Shown here: piece by piece, positions 37,283 to 52,200 of the stretch
How the letters are laid out: each line of letters opens with the position of its first letter
How positions within the stretch are numbered: the first letter of the stretch is position 1
Origin: Candidatus Poribacteria bacterium
GTDB lineage: Bacteria; Poribacteria; WGA-4E; WGA-3G
Direction of reading: 5' to 3'
Assembly (NCBI GenBank): GCA_965261435.1
Contig: CBDHDL010000008.1
Span: forward strand, 1,207,987 to 1,271,986
Length of the DNA stretch: 64,000 bases
Position numbers and translations under genes: made by a program
Notes under the pieces: model-generated
What the model saw: only the letters and a program-made list of their open reading frames with translations
Databases searched by the model: none
What the model was told of the DNA's origin: nothing

Positions 37283-40200
37283 CTATTTCAAAATGACCAT
37301 TTTACGTAGCGGTGATGTCGTAACCGCTTGTAACTGATAGAAATACACACCTGCCGCGACCTTTTCACCTAATTGATTCTTACCATCCCAATGTGCCGCA
37401 TGTCTCCGACTCGTATAGAACCCCGTCTTTTGATGTCCAAGGTCTAAGTGCCGTACAACATTGCCGCGAATATCGTAGATCGTGATGCTCACATCACTCG
37501 GTTTTGCTAACTGATACGGTATCCATGTTTCCGGGTTGAACGGATTGGGGTAGTTAGACAGTAGTGCTGTTATATCAGGAGATGGTTGAGCAGATGGGGG
37601 AGAACTCGCTACCTGGGTGACATTGATAGTAACATCGATTTTATCGTACGCACCAAGATCATCTAATACAAATAGTATTACCTCATAAGTTGACTTCGTG
37701 TCAAAGTCAAGTGCAGCTACGGTGTACAACGTCCCTGTGTAGATGCGAACACCGAACGAATCGGCATCTGTGCCACGTATGTAATAGGTCAAAGGTGGCT
37801 GTCCATTTGGTGGTGCATCACTGTCCCTTGCTCCAATTGCCTGTCCAAAGTTTGTATTAGTAGCAGTATTCTCAGCGACTTCAACCGTAGTGTCTTCCCC
37901 TGCTGTGAAAACTGGGGATCTGTTAGTTAAAAAAAGGTTTATTTCTATATCTGGATTATTTATCACGATTGGGAAGATCTGAGTATAATCTGAAAGCGGA
38001 TTTTCAGAGAGCGTGAGAGATGTCAGTGAGGTGAATTCAGAAAGGGCTGATATATCAGTGATGGAGTTACCGAACACATTAAGTTTTGTGAGTTGCGTCA
38101 AATTCTCAAGTGCGGATATATCTACAATACGATTTAAGTACAAATAGAGGGTTGTGAGTTGCGTCAAATCCTCAAGTGCAGATATATCTACAATACTGTT
38201 TTGACCCAGATCGAGGGTTGTTAGTGCTGTCAGATCTTCAAGGGCAGATATATCGCTGATGCTGTTTTTCAATAGATCAAGGTTTGTCAGTGCTGTGAGC
38301 CCATCAAGGTCAGATATATCGCTGAGGCTGTTTTCCCGTAGATTGAGGCTTGTCAGTGCTGTGAGCCCATCAAGGGCAGATATATCACTGATGCTGTTTT
38401 TCCGTAGATCAAGGCTTGTCAATGCTGTGAGTCCATCAAGGGCAGATATATCGCTGAGGCTGTTTTCCGATACAGTAAGGTTTGTCAGTGCTGTGAGTCC
38501 ATCAAGGGCAGATATATCGCTGAGGCTGTTTTTCCGTAGATTTAGGGTTGTCAGTGCTGTCAAACCTTCAAGTGCGGATATATCGCTGATGTTATTGTTG
38601 TTTGATAGATCAAGGGTTGTCAGTGCTGTCAAACCTCCAAGTGCGGATATATCGCTGATTCTATTGTTCGCTAAATTGAGCCATGTGAGTGCAGTGAGTC
38701 CATGAAAATCACCTGCTTGCAGTGATGTAATTGACTCACTGATCAGATTGAGACGCGTAATTGTCGCGAGATGTTCATAAGTAACATCGTCCGCAGAATT
38801 CACATCGCTTATTGCAGCAACGATAGCCTCACGTATTGCCTGTGTGCGATCACTTACGGGTACTTCGGTAGCATCAGTGACATTGATGGTAACGGTGATA
38901 GTATCCGTGCCAGTATTCCCATCCGAAACAGTAATAGTGACTGTGTAAGTTGTTTTCGTGTCATAATTAAGTGCTGCTTTGGTTTGCAGCTGCCCGGTAG
39001 TGCTAACAATACCAAACGAATCTACATCTGTGCCACTGAGCGTATATGTTAATGTGTCGTCGGTATCCGCATCTGTGGCATTGACAGGTGTGCCGATGTT
39101 TGTATTCGCTGGCGTATGTTCTTCAATGGATCGTGTCGCGCTATCACCTTCAGTAAACGTAGGTGCATTGTTAACAGAAACCATTGTATTTTCAACAACT
39201 TCTGTCACATTGATTGTTACATTGATGGTATCCGTACCACCATTGCTTTCCGCAACGGTGATAATGATCGAATAGGATGTCTTTTCATCATAATCAAGTG
39301 CGGCTTTGGTTTGCAGCTGCCCGGTAGTACTAACAATACTGAACGATGCCGCATCTGTGCCACCGAGCGTATATGTAAGTGAATCTCCATCCGCATCTGT
39401 GGCACTGACAGGCGTGCCAATATTTGTATTTGCTGCCGTATTCTCTGCAACTTCTCGCGTTGTGCTTTCGCCTTCCGTGAACGTAGGGTTGTTATTTTCT
39501 GTTTCTGCTACATTGGTTACATTGATTGTAACGGTGATGAGATCAAGACCGTCATTTCCATCAGAGACAGAAACCGTGACTGTGTAAGAACCCTTTCCCT
39601 CATGGTTAAGTACAGCTTTGGTTTGCAGCTGCCCTGAAGTGCTAACAATACTGAACGAATCGGCATCTGTGCCACCGAGCGTATAGGTTAATGTGTCGCC
39701 ATCATCATCTGTGGCATTGACTGGTGTGCCGATATTTGTATTCGCTGGCGTATTTTCAGCGATGGACCGTGTTGTGCTATCACCATCCGCGAATACGGGC
39801 GGGTTGTTATCAATGTCTATGTCTATGGATACGGTTGGATTGTTCTCCTTGAGTGTGCGGAGTGGGCCGTAATCCGAAATTGGATTCCCACCGACAGTTA
39901 ACGTTTTGAGAGCAGTCATATTTTCAACCGCTGAGACATCCCGAACGAGGTTGTTAGACATGGAAAGTATTTGCAATGCAGTCATATTTTCAAGTGGTGA
40001 AATATCACTGATATTGTTATTTCTCATATAAAGTTTTTTCAATCCGGTCATATTTTCAAGTGGTGAAATATCACTGATCGCATTACTGTGCATATATAGG
40101 TTTATCATTGAGGTCATATTTTCGAGCGGTGAAATGTCACTGACACTGTTCAGATCCAGATTTAGATCCTTCATTGCGGTTAAATTTTCAAGTGGTGAAA

Positions 40201-43200
40201 TATCACTGACATTGTTATTTTTCAAATGAAGATTCGTTAGTGAAGTCATATTTCTAAGGGGTGTAAGATCACTGACGTTATTATTCAACAGAATGAGCTC
40301 TTGCAGTGTAGTCAAATCTTCTATCGGTGTAATATCGGTGAAAAAGTTCTCTTCCAGATCCAACTTTGTAAGAGCCGTGAGTCCATCAAAATCACCCTCT
40401 TTCATAGTTGTGAGAGGAGTCTCATTCTCAGGTAACTGGTCTACATCAAGGGTGGTAATCCTCGCGAGAAGTTCTTCTGTCACTGCTTCCAAAGTAGTAA
40501 CTCCTACTGCAAACATGAGAGCCTTAGCGATTGGAAGTGTGCGCTCGTTGACTGGCGTTATCGTAGCTATCTCTTCGGTGACATTGATGGTAACTGTGAT
40601 GGTATCCTCTCCATTATTACCGTCCGAAACGGTGATTATGACTGTGTAAGAAGTTTTCTCATCATAAATAAGTTCTGCTTTAGTTTGCAGTTGACCGGTA
40701 GTGCTAACTATACTGAACGAATCGGCATCCGTGCCACTGAGCGTATAGGTTAGTGTGTCACCTTTATCATCGTCTGTGGCACTAACAGGTGTACCGATAT
40801 TTGTATTTGCTGCAGTATTCTCAACAACCTCACGTGTCGTACTTTCCCCCTCAGTAAATACGGGTAGTGCGTTATCAGAAGCGATAACTTCGAGTGGAAG
40901 ACCTGTGCTCGCTTTGGCAAGTTGATAGCCAGAATGTGAACTTGGACGGGTCGGTAACGGTGTGCCGATATCCACGGTGACCGCTGCTGTCGTGCCAGTG
41001 GTTCGGGTCACTGTCAACGTCGTGGTGCTTTCCACGCTTCCTTTAGGGATCGTGATGGTCGTCGCATTCCCGCTGATGCTCCCATTGGTCGCACTCACTG
41101 GTATAGCCATAGCAAAAGGTGCGCCAGTGTGGACTTTAGCTTTGAACTGTCCCTCTGCTACCTTCTCCAATGAAACAGTCAACAAGAGTGGATCCGTGGA
41201 GTTACCACTCAGAAGAAGCGTCGTCAGTGAAGTCAAACCGTCAAATACGGCTGCGGGGAGACTTGTCAGAGAGTTGTTACTTATAGTAAGGCTTGTCAGA
41301 GTTGTCAAACCACTAAACACGGCTGCGGGGAGGCTTGACAAAGAGTTGCCATCAAGATCGATGTTTGTCAATGCGGTGAAACCGTCAAAATCGTTAGCAG
41401 TCAAACCAGTAATTGATTTATCACTTAAATCAAGTGCGGTCATTGCGGCGAGGTGTGCATCGGTAACATCTGCAGCATCTTCTACACCCTCAATTGCATC
41501 TAAAATCGCATCTTGGACTTGCTGTGTACGACTCCCAATTGGAGTGGATTCAAATACGTCTGTAACGTTTATAGTGACAGTGATACTATCAGTTCCACTA
41601 TTGCCATCCGAAACGGTGATGGTGACCGAATAGGATTTCTTTGACTCATAGTCGAGCTCAGCTTTCGTCCGTAGCTGACCAGTGGTGCTGACGAAACTAA
41701 ATGACGCATGATCTGTGCCACCGAGTGTATAGGTTAGTGTGTCACCGCTATCATCGTCTGTCGCACTAATAGGTGTGCCGATATTTGTACTTGCTGCCGT
41801 ATTCTCTGCAACTTCTCGCGTTGTGCTTGCACCCTCAGTAAATTCGGGTAGTGCGTTATCAGCAGGGATAACTTCAAGTGGAAGACCTGTGCTCGCTTTG
41901 GCAAGTTGATAGCCAGAATGTGAAGTTGGACGGGTCGGTAATGGTGTACCGATATCCACGGTGACCGCAGCTGTTGTGCCAGCGGTTCGGGTCACGGTCA
42001 GCGTCGTTGTGCTTTCCACGCTTCCTTTAGGGATCGTTATGGTTGTCGCACCCCCGCTGATGCTACCATTGGTCGCACTCACCGGTATAGCCATTTCAAA
42101 AGGCGCGCCAGTGTGGACTTTAGCTTTGAACTGTCCCTCTGCCACCTTCTCCAATGAAACAGTCAACAAGAGTGGATCCGTGGAGTTACCACTCAGAAGA
42201 AGCGTCGTCAGTGAAGTCAAACCGTCAAATACGGCTGCAGGGAGATTTGTCAGAGAATTGTTACTTATAGTGAGGTTTGTCAGAGTTGTCAAACCGCTAA
42301 AAACGGCTGCAGGGAGACTTGCCAAAGAGTTGCCATCAAGATTGATGTTTGTCAATGCGGTGAAACCGTCAAAATCGTTAGCAGTCAAACCAGTAATTGA
42401 TTTATCACTTAAATCAAGTGCGGTCATTTCAGCAAGGTGTGCATCGGTAACATCTGCAGCATCTTCTACACCCTCAATTGCATCTAAAATCGCATCTTGG
42501 ACTTGCTGTGTACGACTTGCAATTGGAGTGGATTCAAATACGTCTGTAACGTTTATAGTGATAGTGATACTATCAGTTCCACTATTACCATCCGAAACGG
42601 TGATGGTGACCGAATAGGATTTCTTTGACTCATAGTCGAGCTCAGCTTTTGTCCGCAGCTGACCAGTGGTGCTGTTGATGCTAAACGATGCCCTATCCGT
42701 ATCACCAAGAGTGTAGGTCAATTCATCATTATCCAAATCAGTTGCAGATACTGCATCGCCGATATCCACGCCTGTTCCTGTATTCTCAGCAACTTCCCGT
42801 GTTGTGCTTGCACCCTCAGTAAATTCGGGTAGTGCGTTATCAGAAGCGATAACTTCGAGTGGAAGACCTGTGCTCGCTTTGGCAAGTTGATAGCCAGAAT
42901 GTGCACTTGGACGGGACGGTAATGGTGTGCCGATATCCACGGTGACCGCAGCTCTTGTCCCAGCGGTTCGGGTCACGGTCAGCGTCGTTGTGCTTTCCAC
43001 ACTTCCTTGGGGGATCGTTATCGTTGTCGCACCACCGCTGATGCTCCCATTGGTCGCACTCACCGGTATAGCCATAGCAAAAGGTGCGCCAGTGTGGACT
43101 TTAGCTTTGAACTGTCCCTCTGCCACCTTCTCCAATGAAACAGTCAACAAGAGTGGATTCGTGGAGTTATTATCCAAATGAAGGTGTGTCAGTGAGGTCA

Positions 43201-46200
43201 AACCGACAAATACCTCATCGGGCAGACTCGTCAGCAAGTTGTCCTCAAGACTGAGTCGTGTTAGGTTTGTCAAGCCGCTAAAAACGTCTGCGGGGATATT
43301 CGCCAGAGAGTTTTTACCAAAAGTGAGTCTTGTCAGAGTTGTCAAACCGCTAAAAACGTCTGCGGGGAGACTTGCCAAAGAGTTGCCATCAAGATCGATG
43401 TTTGTCAATGCGGTGAAGCCATCAAAATCGTTAGCTGTTAACGAAGTAATTGATGCTTCAGTTAAATCAAGTGCGGTCATTTCGGCGAGGTGTGCATCAG
43501 TAACATCTGCAGCATCAGCTACACCGTCAATTGCAGCTAAAATTGCATCTTGGACTTGCTGTGTACGACTCCCAATTGGAGTGGATTCAAATACGTCTGT
43601 AACGTTTATAGTGACAGTGATACTATCAGTGCCACTATTGCCATCCGAAACGGTGATGCTGACCGAATAGGATTTCTTTGACTCATAGTCGAGTGCAGCT
43701 TTCGTTTGTAGCTGCCCAGTCGTGCTGACAATACTAAATGACGCACGATCTGTACCACCGAGCGTATAGGTTAGTGTGTCGTTGGTATCCGTATCTGTGG
43801 CATTAACAGGCGTACCGATATTTGTATTTGCTGCCGTATTCTCATCAACTTCCCGTGTCGTACTTTCCCCCTCAGTAAATACGGGTAGTGCGTTATCAGC
43901 AGGGATAACTTCAAGTGGAAGACCTGTGATCGCTTTGGCAAGTTGATAGCCAGAATGTGAACTTGGACGGGTCGGTAATGGTGTACCCATATCCACGGTG
44001 ACCGCTGCTGTCGTGCCAGAGGTTCGGGTCACGGTCAGCGTCGTTGTGCTTTCCACGCTTCCTTTAGGGATCGTTATGGCAGTCGCACCCCCGCTGATGC
44101 TCCCATTGGTCGCACTCACCGGTATAGCCATGGCAAAAGGTGCGCCAGTGTGGACTTTAGCTTTGAACTGTCCCTCTGCTACCTTCTCCAATGAAACAGT
44201 CAACAAGAGTGGATCCGTGGAGTTACCACTCAGAAGAAGCGTCGTCAGTGAAGTCAAACCGTCAAATACGGCTGCGGGGAGACTTGTCAAAGAGTTGTTA
44301 CTTATAGTGAGGCTTGTCAGAGTTGTCAAACCGCTAAATACGGCTGCAGGGAGACTTGCCAAAGAGTTGTCCGCAAGATTGATGTTTGTCAATGCGGTGA
44401 AACCGTCAAAATCGTTAGCAGTCAAACTAGTAATTGATTTATCACTTAAATCAAGTTCGGTCATTGCGGCGAGGTGTGCATCAGTAACATCTGCAGCATC
44501 ATTTACACCCTCAATTGCATCTAAAATCGCGTCTTGGACTTGCTGTGTACGATCCCCAATTGGAGTGGATTCAAATACGTCTGTAACGTTTATCGTGATA
44601 GTGATACTATCAGTACCACTTTTGCCATCCGAAACGGTAATGCTGACCGAATAGGATTTCTTTGTCTCATAGTCCAGTGCTGCTTTTGTCCGAAGCTGAC
44701 CAGTGGTGCTGTTGATGCTAAACGATGCCATATCCGTGCCACCAAGTGTGTAGGTCAACTCATCATTATCCAAATCAGTTGCAGATACTGCATCACCGAT
44801 ATCCACGCCTGTTCCTGTATTCTCAGCAACTTCGCGTGTTGTGCTTGCACCATCTGTGAACTCAGGTACATTGTTCTCATCTACATCTGTCACATTGATG
44901 GTAACAGAGATAGTGTCCTCACCTTCATTCCCATCCGAAACGGTGATAGTAACCGAATAGGATTTCTTTCCCTCATAGTCGAGCGGAGCTTTCGTCCGAA
45001 TTTGACCAGTGGTGCTGTTGATGCTAAACGATGCTGCATCCGTGCCACTAAGTCTGTATGTCAATTCATCATTATCCAAATCAGTTGCAGATACTGCATC
45101 GCCGATATCCACGCCGGTTCCTGTATCCTCAGCAACTTCGCGCGTTGTGCTTGCCCCATCAGTGAACACAGGTGGCCTATTATCATCTAAATCTGTCACA
45201 TTGATGGTAACAGTGATGGTGTCCTCACCATCATTGTCATCCGAAACGGTGATTATGACTGTGTAAACTTTTTTCCCTTCATAATCAAGCGCATCTTTGG
45301 TTTGCAGCTGACCCGAAGTGCTAACAATGCCGAAAGAATCGGCATCCGTTCCACCCAGCGTATAAGTGAGCGTATCGTTATTAATATCCGTGGCACCGAC
45401 TGGATCACCGATGTTAGTCCCTGTTCCTGTGTTCTCAGCGACTTCTCGTGTCGTGGTATCGCCATCAGTGAACTCAGGTGCAGTGTTTTCATTTCCGCTT
45501 AAATCTTTCACATTGATTGTAACCGTGATGGTGTCAGTGCCACCCTTCTCATCCGAGACAGTGATAGAAACTGTGTAAGTTGGTTTCGACTCATAATCAA
45601 GCGCAGCTTTGCTTTGCAGCTGCCCGGTAGTGCTGACGATACTAAAGGATGCCGCATCCGCGCCACTGAGCGTATAGGTTAGTGTGTCGCTGCTATCATC
45701 ATCTGTGGCAGCGACCGGGTCACCGATGTCCCACCCGGCTGCCGTATTCTCAACAACTTCCCGTGTCGTGCTTGCACCCTCAGTAAATTCAGGTAGTGCG
45801 TTAACAGCAGGGATAACTTCGAGTGGAAGACCTGTACTCGCCTTGACAAGTTGATAACCAGAATGTGAATTTGGACGGGTCGGTAATGGTGTACCGATAT
45901 CCACCGTGACCGCAGCTTTTGTGCCAGCGGTTCGGGTCACTGTCAGCGTCGTGGTGCTTTCCACGCTTCCTTTAGGGATCGTGATGGTTGTCGCATCCCC
46001 GCTGATGCTACCATTGGTCGCACTCACAGGTATAGCCATTTCAAAAGGTGCACCAGTGTGGACTTTGGCTTTGAACTGTCCCTCTGCTACTTTCTCTAAG
46101 GAAACAGTCAACAAGAGTGGATCCGTGGAGTTACCACTCAGAAGAAGTGTCGCCAGTGAAGTCAAACCGTCAAATACGTCTGCAGGGAGATTTGTCAAAG

Positions 46201-49200
46201 AGTTGTTACTAATAGTGAGACTTGTCAGCGTTGTCAAACCGCTAAACACGGCTGCAGGGAGGTTTGACAAAGAGTTGCCATCAAGATTGATGTTTGTCAA
46301 TGCGGTGAAACCGTCAAAATCGTTAGCTGTTAACGCAGTAATTGATACATCACTTAAATCAAGTGTGGTCATTGCGGCGAGGTGTGCATCGGTAACATCT
46401 GCAGCATCATTTACACCCTCAATTGCATCTAAAATCGCGTCTTGGACTTGCTGTGTACGATCCCCAATTGGAGTGGATTCAAATACGTCTGTAACGTTTA
46501 TCGTGATAGTGATACTATCAGTACCACTTTTGCCATCCGAAACGGTAATGCTGACCGAATAGGATTTCTTTGTCTCATAGTCCAGTGCTGCTTTTGTCCG
46601 AAGCTGACCAGTGGTGCTGTTGATGCTAAACGATGCCATATCCGTGCCACCAAGTGTGTAGGTCAACTCATCATTATCCAAATCAGTTGCAGATACTGCA
46701 TCACCGATATCCACGCCTGTTCCTGTATTCTCAGCAACTTCGCGTGTTGTGCTTGCACCATCTGTGAACTCAGGTACATTGTTCTCATCTACATCTGTCA
46801 CATTGATGGTAACAGAGATAGTGTCCTCACCTTCATTCCCATCCGAAACGGTGATAGTAACCGAATAGGATTTCTTTCCCTCATAGTCGAGCGGAGCTTT
46901 CGTCCGAATTTGACCAGTGGTGCTGTTGATGCTAAACGATGCTGCATCCGTGCCACTAAGTCTGTATGTCAATTCATCATTATCCAAATCAGTTGCAGAT
47001 ACTGCATCGCCGATATCCACGCCGGTTCCTGTATCCTCAGCAACTTCGCGCGTTGTGCTTGCCCCATCAGTGAACACAGGTGGCCTATTATCATCTAAAT
47101 CTGTCACATTGATGGTAACAGTGATGGTGTCCTCACCATCATTGTCATCCGAAACGGTGATTATGACTGTGTAAACTTTTTTCCCTTCATAATCAAGCGC
47201 ATCTTTGGTTTGCAGCTGACCCGAAGTGCTAACAATGCCGAAAGAATCGGCATCCGTTCCACCCAGCGTATAAGTGAGCGTGTCGTTATTAATATCCGTG
47301 GCACCGACTGGATCACCGATGTTAGTCCCTGTTCCTGTGTTCTCAGCGACTTCTCGTGTCGTGGTATCGCCATCAGTGAACTCAGGTGCAGTGTTTTCAT
47401 TTCCGCTTAAATCTTTCACATTGATTGTAACCGTGATGGTGTCAGTGCCACCCTTCTCATCCGAGACAGTGATAGAAACTGTGTAAGTTGGTTTCGACTC
47501 ATAATCAAGCGCAGCTTTGCTTTGCAGCTGCCCGGTAGTGCTGACGATACTAAAGGATGCCGCATCCGCGCCACTGAGCGTATAGGTTAGTGTGTCGCTG
47601 CTATCATCATCTGTGGCAGCGACCGGGTCACCGATGTCCCACCCGGCTGCCGTATTCTCAACAACTTCCCGTGTCGTGCTTGCACCCTCAGTAAATTCAG
47701 GTAGTGCGTTAACAGCAGGGATAACTTCGAGTGGAAGACCTGTACTCGCCTTGACAAGTTGATAACCAGAATGTGAATTTGGACGGGTCGGTAATGGTGT
47801 ACCGATATCCACCGTGACCGCAGCTTTTGTGCCAGCGGTTCGGGTCACTGTCAGCGTCGTGGTGCTTTCCACGCTTCCTTTAGGGATCGTTATGGTTGTC
47901 GCACTCCCGCTGATGCTACCATGGGTCACACTCACAGGTAAAGCGATTTCAAAAGGTGCACCAGTGTGGACTTTAGCTTTGAACTGTCCCTCTGCCACCT
48001 TCTCCAATGAAACAGTCAACAAGAGTGGATCCGTGGAGTTGCCACTCAGAAGAAGCGTCGTCAGTGAAGTCAAACCGTCAAATACGTCTGCGGGAAGATT
48101 TGTCAGAGAATTGTTACTAATAGTGAGACTTGTCAGCGTTGTCAAACCGCTAAACACGGCTGCAGGGAGGTTTGACAAAGAGTTGCCATCAAGATTGATG
48201 TTTTTCAATGCGGTGAAACCGTCAAAATCGTTAGCTGTTAACGCAGTAATTGATACATCACTTAAATCAAGTGCGGTCATTGCAGCGAGGTGTGTATCGG
48301 TAACATCTGCAGCATCATCTACACCGTCAATTGCATCTAAAATCGCATCTTGGACTTGCTGTGTACGACTTCCAATTGGAGTGGATTCAAGTACGTCTGT
48401 AACGTTTATAGTGACAGTGATACTATCAGTTCCATTATTGCCATCCGAAACGGTGATGATGACCGAATAGGAAGACTTTTCCTCATGGTTGAGCGCAGCT
48501 TTCGTCCGAAGCTGACCTGTGGTGCTGTTGATGCTAAACAATGCCATATCCGTACCACCAAGTGTGTAGGTCAACTCATCATTATCCAAATCAGTTGCAG
48601 ATACTGCATCGCCGATATCCACGCCGGTTCCTGTATTCTCAGCAACTTCGCGTGTTGTGCTTGCACCATCTGTGAACTCGGGATCCCTGTTCTCATCTAC
48701 ATCCGTGACGTTGATTGTAATGTCAATCGTATCTGTTAGTGTGCCATCAGACACGGTAATTGTTACGGAGTAGGATTTTTTTCCTTCATAATCCAAAGCA
48801 GCTTTTGTTTTTAGCTGCCCAGATGTGCTATCAATGTCGAACGATGCAGCATCCGTGCCACCGAGTGTATATGTCAATGTATCACCATCGTCCTGATCGG
48901 TTGCAGAGAGTGTTGAGCCGATATTGACATTTGATGCGGTGTTCTCTGCTACGGATAGGGTTTTCTCCGCGTCAGATGCGATGACGGGTGCCTCATTGAC
49001 ATCCGTGACGTTGATTGTCACTGAAATTGTATCGGTATCACTTCCATCGGACACGGTGACGGTAACCTCGTAAGCGTCTTTAGTTTCGTGATCAAGGGCA
49101 GCACTCGTTTTGAGCTGCCCTGTTGTGCTATCAATTGCAAATGAAGCCCCATCTGTGCCACTGAGCAGAAACGCGAGTGTGTTATTATCTTCGTCTGTAG

Positions 49201-52200
49201 CAGTGATCGGATCTCCAATATCGGCATCCGCTGCGGTATTCTCATCAACTTCTCGGGTTGTGCTCTCACCTTCTGTGAATTCAGGTGCAATGTTTGATGG
49301 TGCCTCGTCAAGGTCCGTGACATTAATTGTAACCGTGATCGTGTCGCTGAGCGTCCCGTCAGAAACGGTGATATTGACCGAAAATGTGTTCTTTGATTCA
49401 TAGTCCAATGTCGCTTTGGTCTTCAATTGTCCTGTTGTACTATCAATACTGAATGAGGCAGCATCTGTTCCTCCAAGTATATAGGTTAGAACTTCTTCTT
49501 CAGGGTCAGTAGCAGAAACGGCACTCCCAATATTAATGTTCGCTGCTACATTTTCAGCAATAGAACGCGTCGTACTTTCGCCATCAGAAAACGTAGGTGC
49601 TTCATTGATATTCGCGACGTTAATCGTAACAGAGATAATGTCTGTGTCCGTTCCATCGGAAACGGTGACAGTTACCGAGTAAGAGGGTTTTAATTCATAA
49701 TTCAACGCAGTACTGGTTTTGAGTTGTCCTGAACTTGTCTCAATACTAAATGATGCTGCATCGGTACCGCCAAGGGTATAGGTCAATGCATCATCATCTA
49801 AATCTGTGGCAGATACCGAATCACCGATGTTGACACCAGTGCTGGTATTTTCATCAACGGACCGTGTTGTGCTATTACCCTCAGTGAACACAGGTGCACT
49901 GTTCGAACGTATTTCGTTTACATTCGTAACATTTATCGTGACTGTAATACTATCATTACCACCATTCCCATCAGAGACAGTGATTATCACTGAATAGGTA
50001 GGTTTTGTTTCATAGTCCAAGGGTGCATTTGTTCGCAGCTGTCCGGATGTGCTATCAATGCCAAATGAGGAGGCATCCGTACCACTGAGTAAATATGTTA
50101 AGTCATCTTCATCTAAATCTGTAGCAGAAACCGCATCACCTATATCCAAACCAGAACTAGTATTCTCAACAACAGACCGCGTTGTACTTTCACCCTCAGT
50201 GAACATAGGTGGGTTGTTCGCGGGGTTTTCGTTTACTTCAGTAACATAAATTGTGACGGAAATGCTATCACTGCCATCATTCCCATCAGAAACGGTAATT
50301 GTTACTGAATAAGTAGACTTCGTTTCAAAGTCCAAGGGTGCCTTTGTTTGCAACTGTCCGTTTGTGCTATTGATGCTGAACGATTCTGCATCCGTGCCAC
50401 CAAGCGTATAAGTCAATGTTTGGTCTTTGTCTACATCTGTGGCACTGACAGGCGTGCCGATACTTGTATTCGCTGCTGCATTTTCAGCGATAGAACGAGT
50501 GGTGCTATTACCATCAATAAATACGGGAGCACTATTTTCATCCGATCTTGTAGCCAAGTTTTCTTCTACATCGATGATATTTATAGTAACAGAGATACTA
50601 TCACTTCCCCCATTTCCATCTAATACGGTAATCGTCACTGAATAAGATGACTTCGCGTCATAGTCTAAGGATACCTCTGTTCGTAACTGCCCGGATGTGC
50701 TATCAATACCAAATGAGGAGGCATCAGTGCCACCAAGTGAATAGGTGAGCGTATCGGCGTCTTCATCTATAGCAGAAACAGCATCGCCGATGTCTATCCC
50801 AGTGCCGGTGTCTTCAGCAACTTCGCGTGTTGTGCTATCACCCTCAGTGAACACAGGTGGGTTGTTCACGGGGTCTTCGAATACATCAATAACAATAATT
50901 GTGACTGAAATGCTATCACTTCCCCCATTTCCATCAGATACGGTAATCGTCACTGAATAAGATGACTTCGCCTCATAGTCTAAGGATACCTCTGTTCGTA
51001 ACTGACCGGATGTGCTATCAATACCAAATGAGGAGGCATCCGTACCACTGAGTGAATATGTCAAGTCATGTTCATCTAAATCTGTGGCAGAAACCGCATC
51101 ACCGATATCCAGACCAGAACCGGTATTCTCATAGACAGACCGCGTTGTGCTATCACCCTCAGTGAACACAGGCGGGTTGTTTGTGGGGTTTTCGTTAACA
51201 TCAATTACATTAATTGTTACGGAAATGCTATCACTGCCACTATGCCCATCAGATACGGTAATTGTTACTGAATAAGATGACTTCGTTTCAAAGTCCAAGG
51301 GTGCATTTGTTTGCAACTGTCCGTTTGTGCTATTAATGCTGAACAATTCTGCATCCGTGCCACCAAGCGTATATGTCAATGTTTGGTTTTTGTCGGAATC
51401 TGTGGCACTAACAGGCGTGCCGATATTTGTATTCGCTGCTGAATTTTCAGTAATCGAACGAGTGGTGTTATTACCATCAATAAATTCGGGGGCATTATTT
51501 TCCTCCGATTTAGTAGCCAAGTTTTCTTCTACATCGGTGACATTTATAGTAACAGAGATACTATCACTACCTCCATTTCCATCAGATACGGTAATCGTCA
51601 CTGAATAAGATGGCTTCGTCTCATAGTCTAAGGATACCTCTGTTCGTAACTGCCCGGATGTGCTATCAATACCAAAGGATGATGCGTCAGTGCCACGAAG
51701 TGAATAGGTGAGCCTATCGGCGTCTTGATCTATAGCAGAAACAGCATCGCCAATGTCTATCCCAGTGCCGGTGTTTTCAGCAACTTCGCGTGTTGTGCTA
51801 TCCCCATCTTTAAACACAGGTAGGTTATTCGCGGGGTCTTCGTATACATCAATAACGTTAACCGTAACAGAAATTTTATCACTACCACCATTACCATCAG
51901 CGACGGTGATCGTCACTGAATATGATGACTTCGTTTCATAATCCAAGGGTGCGTCTGTGTGCAACTGTCCAGTTGTGCTATTGATGCTAAAAGATGACGA
52001 ATCTGTGCCACCCAGGGTATAGGTCAAGATGTCTTCGTCTGCATCAGTCGCAGATACTGCCTCACCGATGTCTACACCGGTGCCAGTATTCTCATCAACA
52101 GATCGGGTGGTGCTATTGCCATCAGTGAACTCTGGAGCGTTGTTTGTAGTTGCGTCATCAGGTTCTCTCGTGGTAACTGTGCCATCCGCAGCAGGTTTCT

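Noticed and set aside
37990-38860. Diversity-generating retroelement acting on the LRR repeats
   Set aside because: No reverse transcriptase in the window, no non-coding template repeat seen, and differences between repeats are not restricted to adenines.
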